From Christensenellales bacterium (lineage in GTDB: Bacteria > Bacillota > Clostridia > Christensenellales > UBA1431): a DNA stretch of 64,000 nt. The stretch is from NCBI GenBank assembly GCA_040766645.1, contig JAXGQA010000001.1, positions 106,136 through 170,135 of the forward strand. The letters are read 5' to 3'. The translations under genes and the position numbers were made by a program. Shown here one piece after another: positions 10,196 through 19,011 of this stretch. Position 1 is the first letter of the stretch; each line of letters begins with the position of its first letter. The notes beneath the pieces are model-generated. The model ran no database searches and was not told where the DNA came from. It saw only the letters and a list, made by a program, of their open reading frames with translations.

Positions 10196-10300
10196 CCGGT
10201 AAACGCATCCGCCCTGCTTCAAACATCGGGAAGGAAGTCAGGGGCGTTTTTTTCCGTGCCCCCGCAAGGCGCGGGATAAAAGACCCTAAGGAGAGGAAAT

Positions 10301-11782
10301 ATGCCATTTTGCAAGCTGTCGGACAGCTCCATACTTTATGACGTCACCCCACTCGAGAACCTTTTTATACAGGAATTTATGATAAAGGCGCCAGGGGACT
10401 TCGTAAAGGTCTACGTCTACGGCCTGTACCAGTGTCTCAACCCCGCGGCCGCCGACTCGACCGAGGAGGCCTTTGCGCGCGCGCTGGGCCTCGAGCCGGA
10501 CACCGTGAAAAACGCCTTCGCCTTCTGGGCGCGGGACGGGCTGGTGCGCATACTGTCCGAGGACCCGCTTTCCGTCGAATACTATAACGTCAAGAACCGT
10601 CTGCACCAGAACGGTTTTGAAACGCCGCCCGAGCTTGCGCGCTACGCGGACTTCAACATCGCGCTGCAGACGGTGCTGGGGGGCCGGTTCCTCCACACGC
10701 AGGACCTGCAGAAGATATACGACTGGATCGAGGTGCTGGGTCTCTCTCCCGAGGCCGTGCTGCACATGATTTCACATTGCGTGAACCTCAAGGGCGCGCA
10801 GGTCAGCCTTGCCTACATGCACAAGGTCGCGCTGAGCTGGGCGCGCGAAGGCGTCCGCACGCTGGAGGATGCCGCGCAGCACATCGCCCGCCACTCGGCC
10901 GTCACCTCGCTCACCCAGAAGGTTCTCAGCCACATCGGCATCTACCGCGCGCCCACCGTGGACGAAAACGCGCTGTACGACAAGTGGACAAAGGAGTGGG
11001 GCTTCACGCACGAGGCGGTGATAAGCGCCTGCAAGGAGACCACCAAAATCCAAAAGCCCAACCTCGCGTACGTGGACCGCGTCCTTCTGGCCCTGTACGA
11101 ACAGGGCATCACAGCGCCGGAGGCCATACTCGCGCACTTCAGCGAGCGGGAAACGCTGGGCACCAAGCTTCGGGAGGTCCTGCTGGCGCTGGGGATAAAG
11201 AGCGCCTCCCCCACCCAGAAGCAGAATATACTCTACGCGCGCTGGACCCGCGAATGGGGGTTCGGGCACACGGCTATCCTCGCGGCCTGCGAGCGCGCGG
11301 CCGAAAGCGGGCATCCTACCTTTGAGGCGGTCAATGCCATTTTGGAGGAATGGGATGAAAAGGGCGTGCACTCGACCGAGGAGGCGCAGGCGCTTATCGA
11401 GGCCGACCGCACGGTAGACGGCGCCATAGCCGAGATATTCAAGCGCGCGGGCATATTGCGCTCCATCGGCATGCCCGAGCGCGCGGCATATAAGAAATGG
11501 CGGGAAACGTGGGGAATGGAGGAAAAGCTCCTGCTCTTCGCGGCCGAGCTTTCGGCCGACGCGCAGCAGCCCTGGCAGTTCTTCCAGAAGCTCCTGACCA
11601 ATTACCAGAAAAAAGGCGTTTTGACCCTTGAGCAGGCGGTGGCCGAGCGCAAGAGCCATTCCGCGCGCAAAACTATGGGTAATGGCTACAGAAAGCAACT
11701 GGATGGTCTAAGATACGACCAACGGACCCCTGAGCAAAGCAATTTGGACAGGGATTTTGACGACCTTACCGCATCGCAGTAA
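10301..11782 (+). CDS. DnaD/DnaB(Bsu)-type replication initiation and helicase-loading protein with four tandem DnaD-C-like modules
   Basis: N-terminal winged-helix-like region, then four repeats of the pattern (Y/L).(K/R)W..EWG(F/M)....(I/L)..A......(AY/F)(V/M)..(V/I)L..W...GV.T.EEA. It is followed by dnaI. Confidence 0.75.
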   Translation: MPFCKLSDSSILYDVTPLENLFIQEFMIKAPGDFVKVYVYGLYQCLNPAAADSTEEAFARALGLEPDTVKNAFAFWARDGLVRILSEDPLSVEYYNVKNRLHQNGFETPPELARYADFNIALQTVLGGRFLHTQDLQKIYDWIEVLGLSPEAVLHMISHCVNLKGAQVSLAYMHKVALSWAREGVRTLEDAAQHIARHSAVTSLTQKVLSHIGIYRAPTVDENALYDKWTKEWGFTHEAVISACKETTKIQKPNLAYVDRVLLALYEQGITAPEAILAHFSERETLGTKLREVLLALGIKSASPTQKQNILYARWTREWGFGHTAILAACERAAESGHPTFEAVNAILEEWDEKGVHSTEEAQALIEADRTVDGAIAEIFKRAGILRSIGMPERAAYKKWRETWGMEEKLLLFAAELSADAQQPWQFFQKLLTNYQKKGVLTLEQAVAERKSHSARKTMGNGYRKQLDGLRYDQRTPEQSNLDRDFDDLTASQ

Positions 11783-11801
11783 CTAGGGAAGGGATCAGTA
11801 T

Positions 11802-12746
11802 ATGGCCGATCCGGCGATAAGCCGCGTGCTTGCCGACTACGAACGGCAGCGCGCACTGAACCGCATACAGCTTGAGGAGCGATATGCGCACGCGTATTCC
11901 GTCTGCCCGGACCTTAAGGCGCTGGAGACCGAACGGCTCTCCCTCGTCTATGACGCGGGCGCGAAGGACCCCCGGGCCACCCGCGCCGCCCTGCGCGCGC
12001 TGATGGGCAGGCGGGCCGCCCTCCTGAAAGAAGCGGGGCTCCCCCAAGATTATCTGGAGATGAAGTACCGCTGTCCCGACTGTCAGGACACCGGATACGT
12101 CGGCGAAACGGTGAAAACGCGCTGCGCCTGCTTCATAAAACGCCTCAACGAGGAGCGCTTCGGCGCGGATGACGCGGAGATATTAAAAAAGCAGAGCTTT
12201 GAGACCTTCGATCTCGACGTTTTCCCGCCCGCCGTCCCGCCCGGCTGCAATCTTCCGCAGCGCGTCTACATGCGCCAGCTTTTGGAAACCTGCAAGAGCT
12301 ATGTCGAGGTTTTCCCGAACAACGAAAAGCCTAATATGCTTTTTTACGGGCATGCAGGGCTGGGGAAAACATTTTTATTGAATTGCATCTCTGGCGCGCT
12401 GCTGGCGCGCTCAAAATCTGTCCTGCGGTTCACCGCCTACCGGCTGGGCGAACTGTTCCTGCAAAAACACACCGGCGCAGAGGAGGATCTTTCAGCCCTT
12501 TTCGAGGCAGATCTCTTAGTGTGTGATGACTTGGGAAATGAACCATTATACAACAATGTTACTGTCGAATACTTCATTTCTGTATTCAACGAGCGCATAA
12601 TAAAGGGCAGGCACATAATTGTGGCTACTAATCTGACGCCGCAACAGATACAAGAGCGCTACGGCGAGCGCATGGTCTCCCGGCTGCTGGACTCGGCCAG
12701 CACGCTGCGCTTCCATCTGCGCGGGCAGGATATACGTACGGGGTAA
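11802..12746 (+). CDS. dnaI: Helicase loader ATPase DnaI/DnaC family
   Basis: Zinc-ribbon-like CPDCQDTGY...C.C, Walker A GHAGLGKTFL and Walker B LLVCDDLG. Confidence 0.8.
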   Translation: MADPAISRVLADYERQRALNRIQLEERYAHAYSVCPDLKALETERLSLVYDAGAKDPRATRAALRALMGRRAALLKEAGLPQDYLEMKYRCPDCQDTGYVGETVKTRCACFIKRLNEERFGADDAEILKKQSFETFDLDVFPPAVPPGCNLPQRVYMRQLLETCKSYVEVFPNNEKPNMLFYGHAGLGKTFLLNCISGALLARSKSVLRFTAYRLGELFLQKHTGAEEDLSALFEADLLVCDDLGNEPLYNNVTVEYFISVFNERIIKGRHIIVATNLTPQQIQERYGERMVSRLLDSASTLRFHLRGQDIRTG

Positions 12747-12777
12747 AATCTGCGGTTTTTTGCCGCCAACACAGCAA

Positions 12778-12808
12778 ACGGGACGCTCTTTGCATCCCGT
12801 TTTTTTTA
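12778..12808 (+). terminator. Rho-independent terminator after dnaI
   Basis: Stem acggga/tcccgt followed by T8. Confidence 0.7.
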
Positions 12809-12814
12809 TTTTAT

Positions 12815-13159
12815 TTACTCCATAACCTCTTTTACGCGGTAGCGCGTGATCTCCGCGATCAGATCATACGGTATCTCTCTTTCCCACGGAAACCGGATCG
12901 CGCCCTTGCTGGTTTTATAGCCCTGGGCGGCAAGCCGCTCCGCGAACGCGCTGACGCCGCCGGCGGAATAGATGCCAAGGTGGTTCTTGTTGAAAGCGAA
13001 GTGGGATCAGGTTCTCCTTTTGGAAGAAGGTGGGCATTTGCCACTTGATGCATTTTGTAGCTTGGGTCCGGCCACGCGGATGGTCTCGCGCACCCGCCTG
13101 AGCGGTTCCCGGTATGCCTCCGGCTGGGCGTTTATGTATTCGTCGATGGTATGCCGCAT
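12815..13159 (-). pseudogene. DUF1801 (YdhG-like) protein, two frameshifts as assembled
   Basis: MRHTIDEYINAQPEAYREPLRRVRETIR, then KCIKWQMPTFFQKENLI, then HFAFNKNHLGIYSAGGVSAFAERLAAQGYKTSKGAIRFPWEREIPYDLIAEITRYRVKEVME in three frames. Breaks lie at G/C runs 13064-13066 and 13003-13005. Confidence 0.7.
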
Positions 13160-13304
13160 GCAGTCTTGTCCCTCCTGTTCCCCTGCCTTGGCAGCTGCAC
13201 GGCAGCCTGTCCCCCAATACGATTCGCCGGCTGTTCGGGTATTTCTCGGTAACGCGGGCGATGAATATTCCTGCACTGCGCATTGCGCCATGCCAACGAT
13301 ATTT

Positions 13305-14033
13305 TTACTTCTGCTCCGGCTCGGCGGCGTAGGGAAGGCCGCCCTGCTGCACGGCCGCCAATTCGTCGGTCATGCTCCGCTCGGCCGCGAAGCTGTAATA
13401 CCCCGCGTTGCCCACGATGATGTGGTCCAGCACGTCTATCCCTAATGGCTTCATCGCCTCCATCACCTTGCGGGTCACGCGGATGTCGGCCTTGGAGGGC
13501 TGCAGCGCGCCCCCCGGATGGTTATGGGCCAGTATGACGCTGTGGGCGCGGTGCCGCAGCGCCGTTTCGGCCACCATCCGCGGGTACACCGCCGCCTGGT
13601 CGATTGTCCCCTCCTGCAAAAGCGCCGGATAGGTCACCCGGCACTGCGCGTCCAGACAGATGAGGTAAAACCGCTCCACCGGCACGCCCCGCAAAAGCGC
13701 CACGGCGTATTCTCCGGCCCTGGCCGTAGTATCCAGTTGCGGGCGGTTCCCGATCGAGCGAAGCGCGTACCGCCGCGATATCGCGGGAATCAGCGACAAA
13801 AGCAGGGCGCTGTGGCCGCCGACGTCCTCCACCGCGCTCAACGCGTCCGGCTCGGCCTCGAAAACGGCGTTTAGCGAGCCGAAGCGCTCCAGCAGCCGAT
13901 GGGCGATATCGTTGGTGTTTTTGCGCGGGATGCAGTAATACAGGAGAAGCTCCAAAACCTCGTGGTCCTGGAAGCCCTCCAGCCCTTCCTTTAAATACCG
14001 CTCCTTCAGCCGCTGCCTGTGTCCTTCGTGCAT
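13305..14033 (-). CDS. radC: RadC-family (JAB/MPN) protein
   Basis: N-terminus GHRQRLKERYLKEG...HEVLELLL and the JAB motif ILAHNHPGG. Confidence 0.85.
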   Translation of the reverse strand: MHEGHRQRLKERYLKEGLEGFQDHEVLELLLYYCIPRKNTNDIAHRLLERFGSLNAVFEAEPDALSAVEDVGGHSALLLSLIPAISRRYALRSIGNRPQLDTTARAGEYAVALLRGVPVERFYLICLDAQCRVTYPALLQEGTIDQAAVYPRMVAETALRHRAHSVILAHNHPGGALQPSKADIRVTRKVMEAMKPLGIDVLDHIIVGNAGYYSFAAERSMTDELAAVQQGGLPYAAEPEQK

Positions 14034-14183
14034 CGCGCGCTCCCCCGCCTGTTCCTGCCAGTTTTTCGACGCTGCTCGATAATATTCGCCATGCTTTAAG
14101 GAAAATCCTGCCTGTTGGAAGCAACGTTTGACAGCCGTCTTCCATTAAGGCTATACTGTAATCCTTGAAGGAGGATTGCGGGC

Positions 14184-15581
14184 ATGAACCGTATCAACGA
14201 TTATATAGAAGAAAAAACACCGGAAATGATAGAGGCCCTGCAGGGGCTTGTGCGCATACCCAGCGTCAAGGCCGAGGCAAAGCCGGGCGCGCCCTATGGC
14301 GAAAACGTCCGCGCCGCCCTTGACTATACGCTGGATCTGGCCAAAAGGCTCGGATTCGATCCCGTGGACCTTGATGGCCACATGGGCCTTGTGGACTACG
14401 GCGGAGGGGATGAAACGCTGGGCATCATGATGCACCTCGACGTCGTGCCCGAAGGCTCGGACTGGGCGCATCCCCCGTTCGAAGGCGTCATTGAAAACGG
14501 CCGCATGTACGGCCGCGGCACCACAGACGACAAGGGCGCCGTGATAAGCGCGCTGTACGCGCTGGCCGCCGTAAAGGAAAGCGGCCGGAAGCTCAATCGC
14601 CGCGTGCGCCTGATGCTGGGGTGTGACGAGGAGAGCGGCTGGGCGGACATGGCCTACTATAAAACCAGGGAAAAGGCGCCGGACATGGCCTTTTCCCCGG
14701 ACTGCGAGTACCCCGTGATAAACGCCGAAAAGGGCGTGCTGCATCTGGACATCACCAAAAAGTTTGCGCCGCAGGTCCCGGGCGGCGGGCTGCGCGTGCT
14801 TTCTTTCAAGGGCGGGAACCGGGTCAACATGGTGCCCGACCGCGCGGAGGCCGTCATCGCCCCGTCGCCGGGCGAGGCGTTCCCCCCCGAGGCCCTGAAG
14901 GCGCACCTCGGCGAAGATATCACCTGTACGCTGGAACAGGGCGGACGCCTGCGCGTGACCTGCCGGGGCGTCAGCGCGCACGGCTCCACGCCCGAGCAGG
15001 GCGTCAACGCCATCTGCAGACTGGCTTCGGCGCTGCACGGACTGGGCCTGCAGCCCGGCGGCCCGGCAAACGTCATCGCCTTCATCGCCCGCATGATGTG
15101 CGGCGAGGTGAACGGGCGGTCCATCGGCCTTGCCCTGCGCGATGAGGCGTCCGGCGCGCTTACTCTCAACGTGGGCGTCATCGAGATGGACGAGGAAAGC
15201 ATGGCCATGCAGTGGGACATCCGCTTCCCCATCTCCTATACCGTAGAGGACGTGCTCGAACGCGTGGCCTCGGCCATGGAGCTTCCGGGGTTCATGGTCA
15301 ACGTGCGCCACAGCCATCTCCCGCATTATGTGGACGAGGATTCTGAAATCGTGCAAAAGCTCCTGCTGGTGTATGGCCGCCAGACCGGCCAGAAGGCGTA
15401 CTGCCGCTCCATCGGCGGCGCGACCTACGCGCGGGCCTTCAAAAATGCCGTGTCCTTCGGCCCCAGCATGGAAAAGGACGAGCACCTCGCCCATCAGGCC
15501 GACGAATACGTCGCCCTCGAGATGATCGGTTTCAACGCGCGCATGATCGCGGATGCCATCGTGACCCTGTGCGGAGCGTGA
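14184..15581 (+). CDS. pepV: M20-family dipeptidase (PepV/Sapep-like)
   Basis: HLDVVPEG, GRGTTDDKGAV, CDEESGW. GGAGG RBS. Confidence 0.85.
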   Translation: MNRINDYIEEKTPEMIEALQGLVRIPSVKAEAKPGAPYGENVRAALDYTLDLAKRLGFDPVDLDGHMGLVDYGGGDETLGIMMHLDVVPEGSDWAHPPFEGVIENGRMYGRGTTDDKGAVISALYALAAVKESGRKLNRRVRLMLGCDEESGWADMAYYKTREKAPDMAFSPDCEYPVINAEKGVLHLDITKKFAPQVPGGGLRVLSFKGGNRVNMVPDRAEAVIAPSPGEAFPPEALKAHLGEDITCTLEQGGRLRVTCRGVSAHGSTPEQGVNAICRLASALHGLGLQPGGPANVIAFIARMMCGEVNGRSIGLALRDEASGALTLNVGVIEMDEESMAMQWDIRFPISYTVEDVLERVASAMELPGFMVNVRHSHLPHYVDEDSEIVQKLLLVYGRQTGQKAYCRSIGGATYARAFKNAVSFGPSMEKDEHLAHQADEYVALEMIGFNARMIADAIVTLCGA

Positions 15582-15714
15582 TCCCGCGTTGACAACCGCC
15601 CTTATGTGTGCTTTATTATTATTGTGTTTATTTCCCCCCGGCGCCGCAGGCCTTGACCGCGATGCCCGCGGGGCTTTGTTTAGAATCTGGATATAAGAAA
15701 GAGGAGTTTCGTTC

Positions 15715-17493
15715 ATGAAAGCCGACGAATTGCGCGATATGTACCTTCGCTTTTTCAAAGAGCGCGGGCACGCCATCATCCCCAGCGCGTCGCTGATACC
15801 TGAAAACGACCCAACGGTGCTGTTCACCACGGCGGGGATGCACCCGCTGGTCCCTTACCTGATGGGTCAGTCGCACCCCGAGGGCAAGCGCCTCGCGGAC
15901 GTGCAGAAATGCGTGCGCACCGGGGACATCGACGAGGTGGGCGACGCGTCGCACTGCACGTTTTTCGAAATGCTGGGCAACTGGTCGTTGGGCGATTATT
16001 TTAAAGAGGAAGCCATCGCGTACAGTTACGAGTTCCTGACCTCGAAAAAGTGGCTGGGCCTTGACCCCCAGCGCCTGTATTTCACCGTGTTCGAGGGGGA
16101 CGCGGACGCGCCGCGCGACGAGGAATCGGCGGGATACTGGAAGGCCAACGGCGTGCAGGATAGCCATATATTCTATCTTCCCAAAAAGAACAACTGGTGG
16201 GGTCCCGCCGGGCAGACCGGCCCCTGCGGCCCGGACACCGAAATGTTTATAGACACCGGCAAACCCGCCTGTTCGCCGGACTGCGGCCCGGCCTGCGACT
16301 GCGGCAAGTACCTTGAGATATGGAACGACGTGTTCATGCAGTACAACAAGCTGGCCGACGGCAGCTACGTCCTGCTCGAGCAGAAAAACGTGGACACCGG
16401 TATGGGCCTGGACCGCACGGCCTGTATATTGCAGGGGAAATCGTCGGTATACGAAACCGACGTGTTCGAAGGCATCATGCGGGTGATAGGCGAGCTGTGC
16501 GGCGCGCGTTACGGCCAGGACGAGGAAATGACGCGGGCCATGCGCATCGTGGCCGACCACATCCGCTGCTCGACCTTCATCCTCGGCGACCAGCGGGGCG
16601 TCACTCCGTCCAACGTCGATCAGGGGTATGTCCTGCGCCGGCTCATCCGCCGCTCGGTGCGGTTCGGGATGAAACTGGGCATCCCGCAGGGCGGCCTGCG
16701 CGACATCGCTTCCTCGGTGGTGGCGCAGTACGGCAGCGTGTATCCCGAGCTTCAGCAGAACCGCGAGACCATCATGCGCGAGCTGCAGCTGGAGGAGGAG
16801 CGCTTCGCGCGCACCATCAACCACGGCCTGCGCGAGTTCGACAAGCTGGCCGCCAGGCTGACCGGGAGCGTGGTGGACGGGCCCAGCGCCTTCCGCCTGT
16901 ACGATACGTTCGGGTTCCCCATCGAGCTGACGGTGGAGCTGGCCGCCGAACGCGGTCTGACCGTGGACACCCGGGGGTTCGACGAGAGCTTCAAAAAGCA
17001 CCAGCAGATTTCGCAGGCCGGCGCGTCCCAGCGCTTCAAGGGCGGCCTTGCCGACGCGTCCGAGCAGACCACCCGTTTGCACACGGCCACCCACCTTTTG
17101 CTGGCCGCGCTGCGCAGAGTGCTGGGAGACGAGGTGTTCCAAAAGGGCAGCAACATCACCGCCGAACGCCTGCGGTTCGATTTTTCCTTTGCGCGCAAGA
17201 TGACCAAAGAGGAACTCAACGAGGTCGAGAAGCTGGTCAACGAGGCCATTGCGGCCGACCTGCCGGTGGTCTGCGAGGAGATGTCCATAGAGCAGGCGCG
17301 GGACAAGGGCGCCATGGGCGTTTTCGATCTGCGCTACGACAACGTGGTCAAGGTGTATTCGGTCCCCGGCGTGTCCATGGAGATCTGCGGCGGTCCCCAC
17401 GTCAAAAGCACCGGCGAGCTGGGCGCCTTCAGGATCAAGAAGGAGGAAAGCTCCTCGGCCGGCGTGCGCCGCATCAAGGCCGTGCTGGAATAG
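15715..17493 (+). CDS. alaS: Alanine-tRNA ligase, short form (aminoacylation plus editing core, no C-Ala domain)
   Basis: FFKERGH, PSASL.P.NDPT.LFT.AGM, FFEMLGNWS.GDYFK. Editing motifs HTATHLL and CGGPH are present. It ends ...AGVRRIKAVLE at 592 aa. Confidence 0.85.
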   Translation: MKADELRDMYLRFFKERGHAIIPSASLIPENDPTVLFTTAGMHPLVPYLMGQSHPEGKRLADVQKCVRTGDIDEVGDASHCTFFEMLGNWSLGDYFKEEAIAYSYEFLTSKKWLGLDPQRLYFTVFEGDADAPRDEESAGYWKANGVQDSHIFYLPKKNNWWGPAGQTGPCGPDTEMFIDTGKPACSPDCGPACDCGKYLEIWNDVFMQYNKLADGSYVLLEQKNVDTGMGLDRTACILQGKSSVYETDVFEGIMRVIGELCGARYGQDEEMTRAMRIVADHIRCSTFILGDQRGVTPSNVDQGYVLRRLIRRSVRFGMKLGIPQGGLRDIASSVVAQYGSVYPELQQNRETIMRELQLEEERFARTINHGLREFDKLAARLTGSVVDGPSAFRLYDTFGFPIELTVELAAERGLTVDTRGFDESFKKHQQISQAGASQRFKGGLADASEQTTRLHTATHLLLAALRRVLGDEVFQKGSNITAERLRFDFSFARKMTKEELNEVEKLVNEAIAADLPVVCEEMSIEQARDKGAMGVFDLRYDNVVKVYSVPGVSMEICGGPHVKSTGELGAFRIKKEESSSAGVRRIKAVLE

Positions 17494-17538
17494 CCTTGGG
17501 ATAGCTGTCGCAAAGAACCTGACAATTATGATGACCAG

Positions 17539-17591
17539 GGAACAGGAAACACTTCTGTGCTGCTTTTTTGTACAGAAGTGTTTCCTGTTCC
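17539..17591. terminator. Long stem-loop between convergent alaS and the M6 protease gene
   Basis: Perfect 20-bp arms ggaacaggaaacacttctgt / acagaagtgtttcctgttcc with a T-rich loop. Confidence 0.6.
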
Positions 17592-17611
17592 GGATATTGT
17601 TGCTTAAAGCA

Positions 17612-18988
17612 TTATTTCAAGGAAATACGGGCCGTACATGGCGTGACCCGCACACGGGCGGCCGGTCCGTCTGACAGCACGCGCACCGCGATGCCCGTTT
17701 CCTCCCCTGAATCCAGCTCGGAAGCGTCGAACACCGAGATGCCCGCGGCTGAAAAATAGTGCTCGTAATCGGCCTCGAACTTATAATCGGGCGCATCCAG
17801 CTGAGCATACCCCAGCGCCTCCTGATCTTGCCCCTCCAGGTCCACGCCCTTGTGTTTTTCGTCGTCGTTGACCGTTTCGATGCTCTCAAACCCGTCGATA
17901 TCCATTGCGGCGGCCCGGATGACGGCGTCGTTGACGTGCCACACGCAGACGCCGCCGTGCGCGATGTATTGCCCGAGCGCCGCGTCATAGCCGGTAAACT
18001 GCCTGTTCTCCACCAGAAAGTACTGGTCCGGGTCCTGCGTGGGGATCAGGAGCACGTTCCCCAGCGGGCCGTCCTCCAGCGGGTACTCGCCCTCCTGCGT
18101 TACCACCTGCGGCGCGCTGAACCCGAGATACAGCCGGGACCACGCGTCCAGCTCGACCGGCAGCTCGTTTATCCTGCCGTACCGGTCCTGATAGATGCAG
18201 CCGCCCATGGCCGAGTGCATGCCCACGCCCAGCGTGCTGCCGTCGGTGTCATACAGGTCGGGCAGGCCCAGCATGTGCCCGGTCTCGTGCGCGATGATCT
18301 CCAGCGTGTTGGGGACGTCCTTATTATAGTACATGTCGTACACCAGCTCGCCGGACATCTGGTACGCTTCGACGAACACGCCGTCCAGCCAGGGCGCGTG
18401 CCTGCGGTCGTCGGTAAAGGCCATGTGCGCGCCGGTCGACGCGGCGGGACGGCCTATCCTTTCAAAATCCTTTTCGTAGCCGGCCACCACCAGCGCGGGC
18501 GTGAACTCGGTCGGCCACAGAACCCCGTCCCCGTTCCGGTCGTACGCCGAAAAATCGACGTACGGGCCGGCCGCTTCCAGCACTTTCTTGACGAACTCCT
18601 GCGCGGGTTTCTCGCCGCTCAGCGTTTTGCGCGGATGCGGCGCGTCCAGGCGCACGCGGACCACGCCGTCAGCGGCCCTGAAGGTCTCGGCGGCCGGGGC
18701 GACAGTCAGCTTCCCGCCGGACATTTCCCCGTAATAATGGGCAAGCGAGGCGTCCGGGCCAAAGAATTTCCGCGCCCAGACCGCCTCGTCGGTGGAAAGC
18801 TTTACGTCTGTGAATTCGACCAGGACGACCAGCACCGCCATCTTATCCGTCGTCGAACCGGAAACAGAGAGGTTGTAGCCCACGCCGGCGGCCGATTCAC
18901 GCGGCATCCGGGTGCTCAGGGGCAGCTCCGAGCAGCCCGACGCCAACAGCGCGAGCAGGACCACAACAGCGGCTAACCGCTTTTTCAT
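17612..18988 (-). CDS. M6-family (InhA-like) metalloprotease lipoprotein
   Basis: Lipobox signal MKKRLAAVVVLLALLASGC and zinc motif HETGHMLGLPDLYD. An AGGAGGG RBS lies upstream of the ATG at 18988. Confidence 0.8.
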   Translation of the reverse strand: MKKRLAAVVVLLALLASGCSELPLSTRMPRESAAGVGYNLSVSGSTTDKMAVLVVLVEFTDVKLSTDEAVWARKFFGPDASLAHYYGEMSGGKLTVAPAAETFRAADGVVRVRLDAPHPRKTLSGEKPAQEFVKKVLEAAGPYVDFSAYDRNGDGVLWPTEFTPALVVAGYEKDFERIGRPAASTGAHMAFTDDRRHAPWLDGVFVEAYQMSGELVYDMYYNKDVPNTLEIIAHETGHMLGLPDLYDTDGSTLGVGMHSAMGGCIYQDRYGRINELPVELDAWSRLYLGFSAPQVVTQEGEYPLEDGPLGNVLLIPTQDPDQYFLVENRQFTGYDAALGQYIAHGGVCVWHVNDAVIRAAAMDIDGFESIETVNDDEKHKGVDLEGQDQEALGYAQLDAPDYKFEADYEHYFSAAGISVFDASELDSGEETGIAVRVLSDGPAARVRVTPCTARISLK

Positions 18989-19011
18989 GGGCACCCTCCT
19001 CTCCTGTATAT

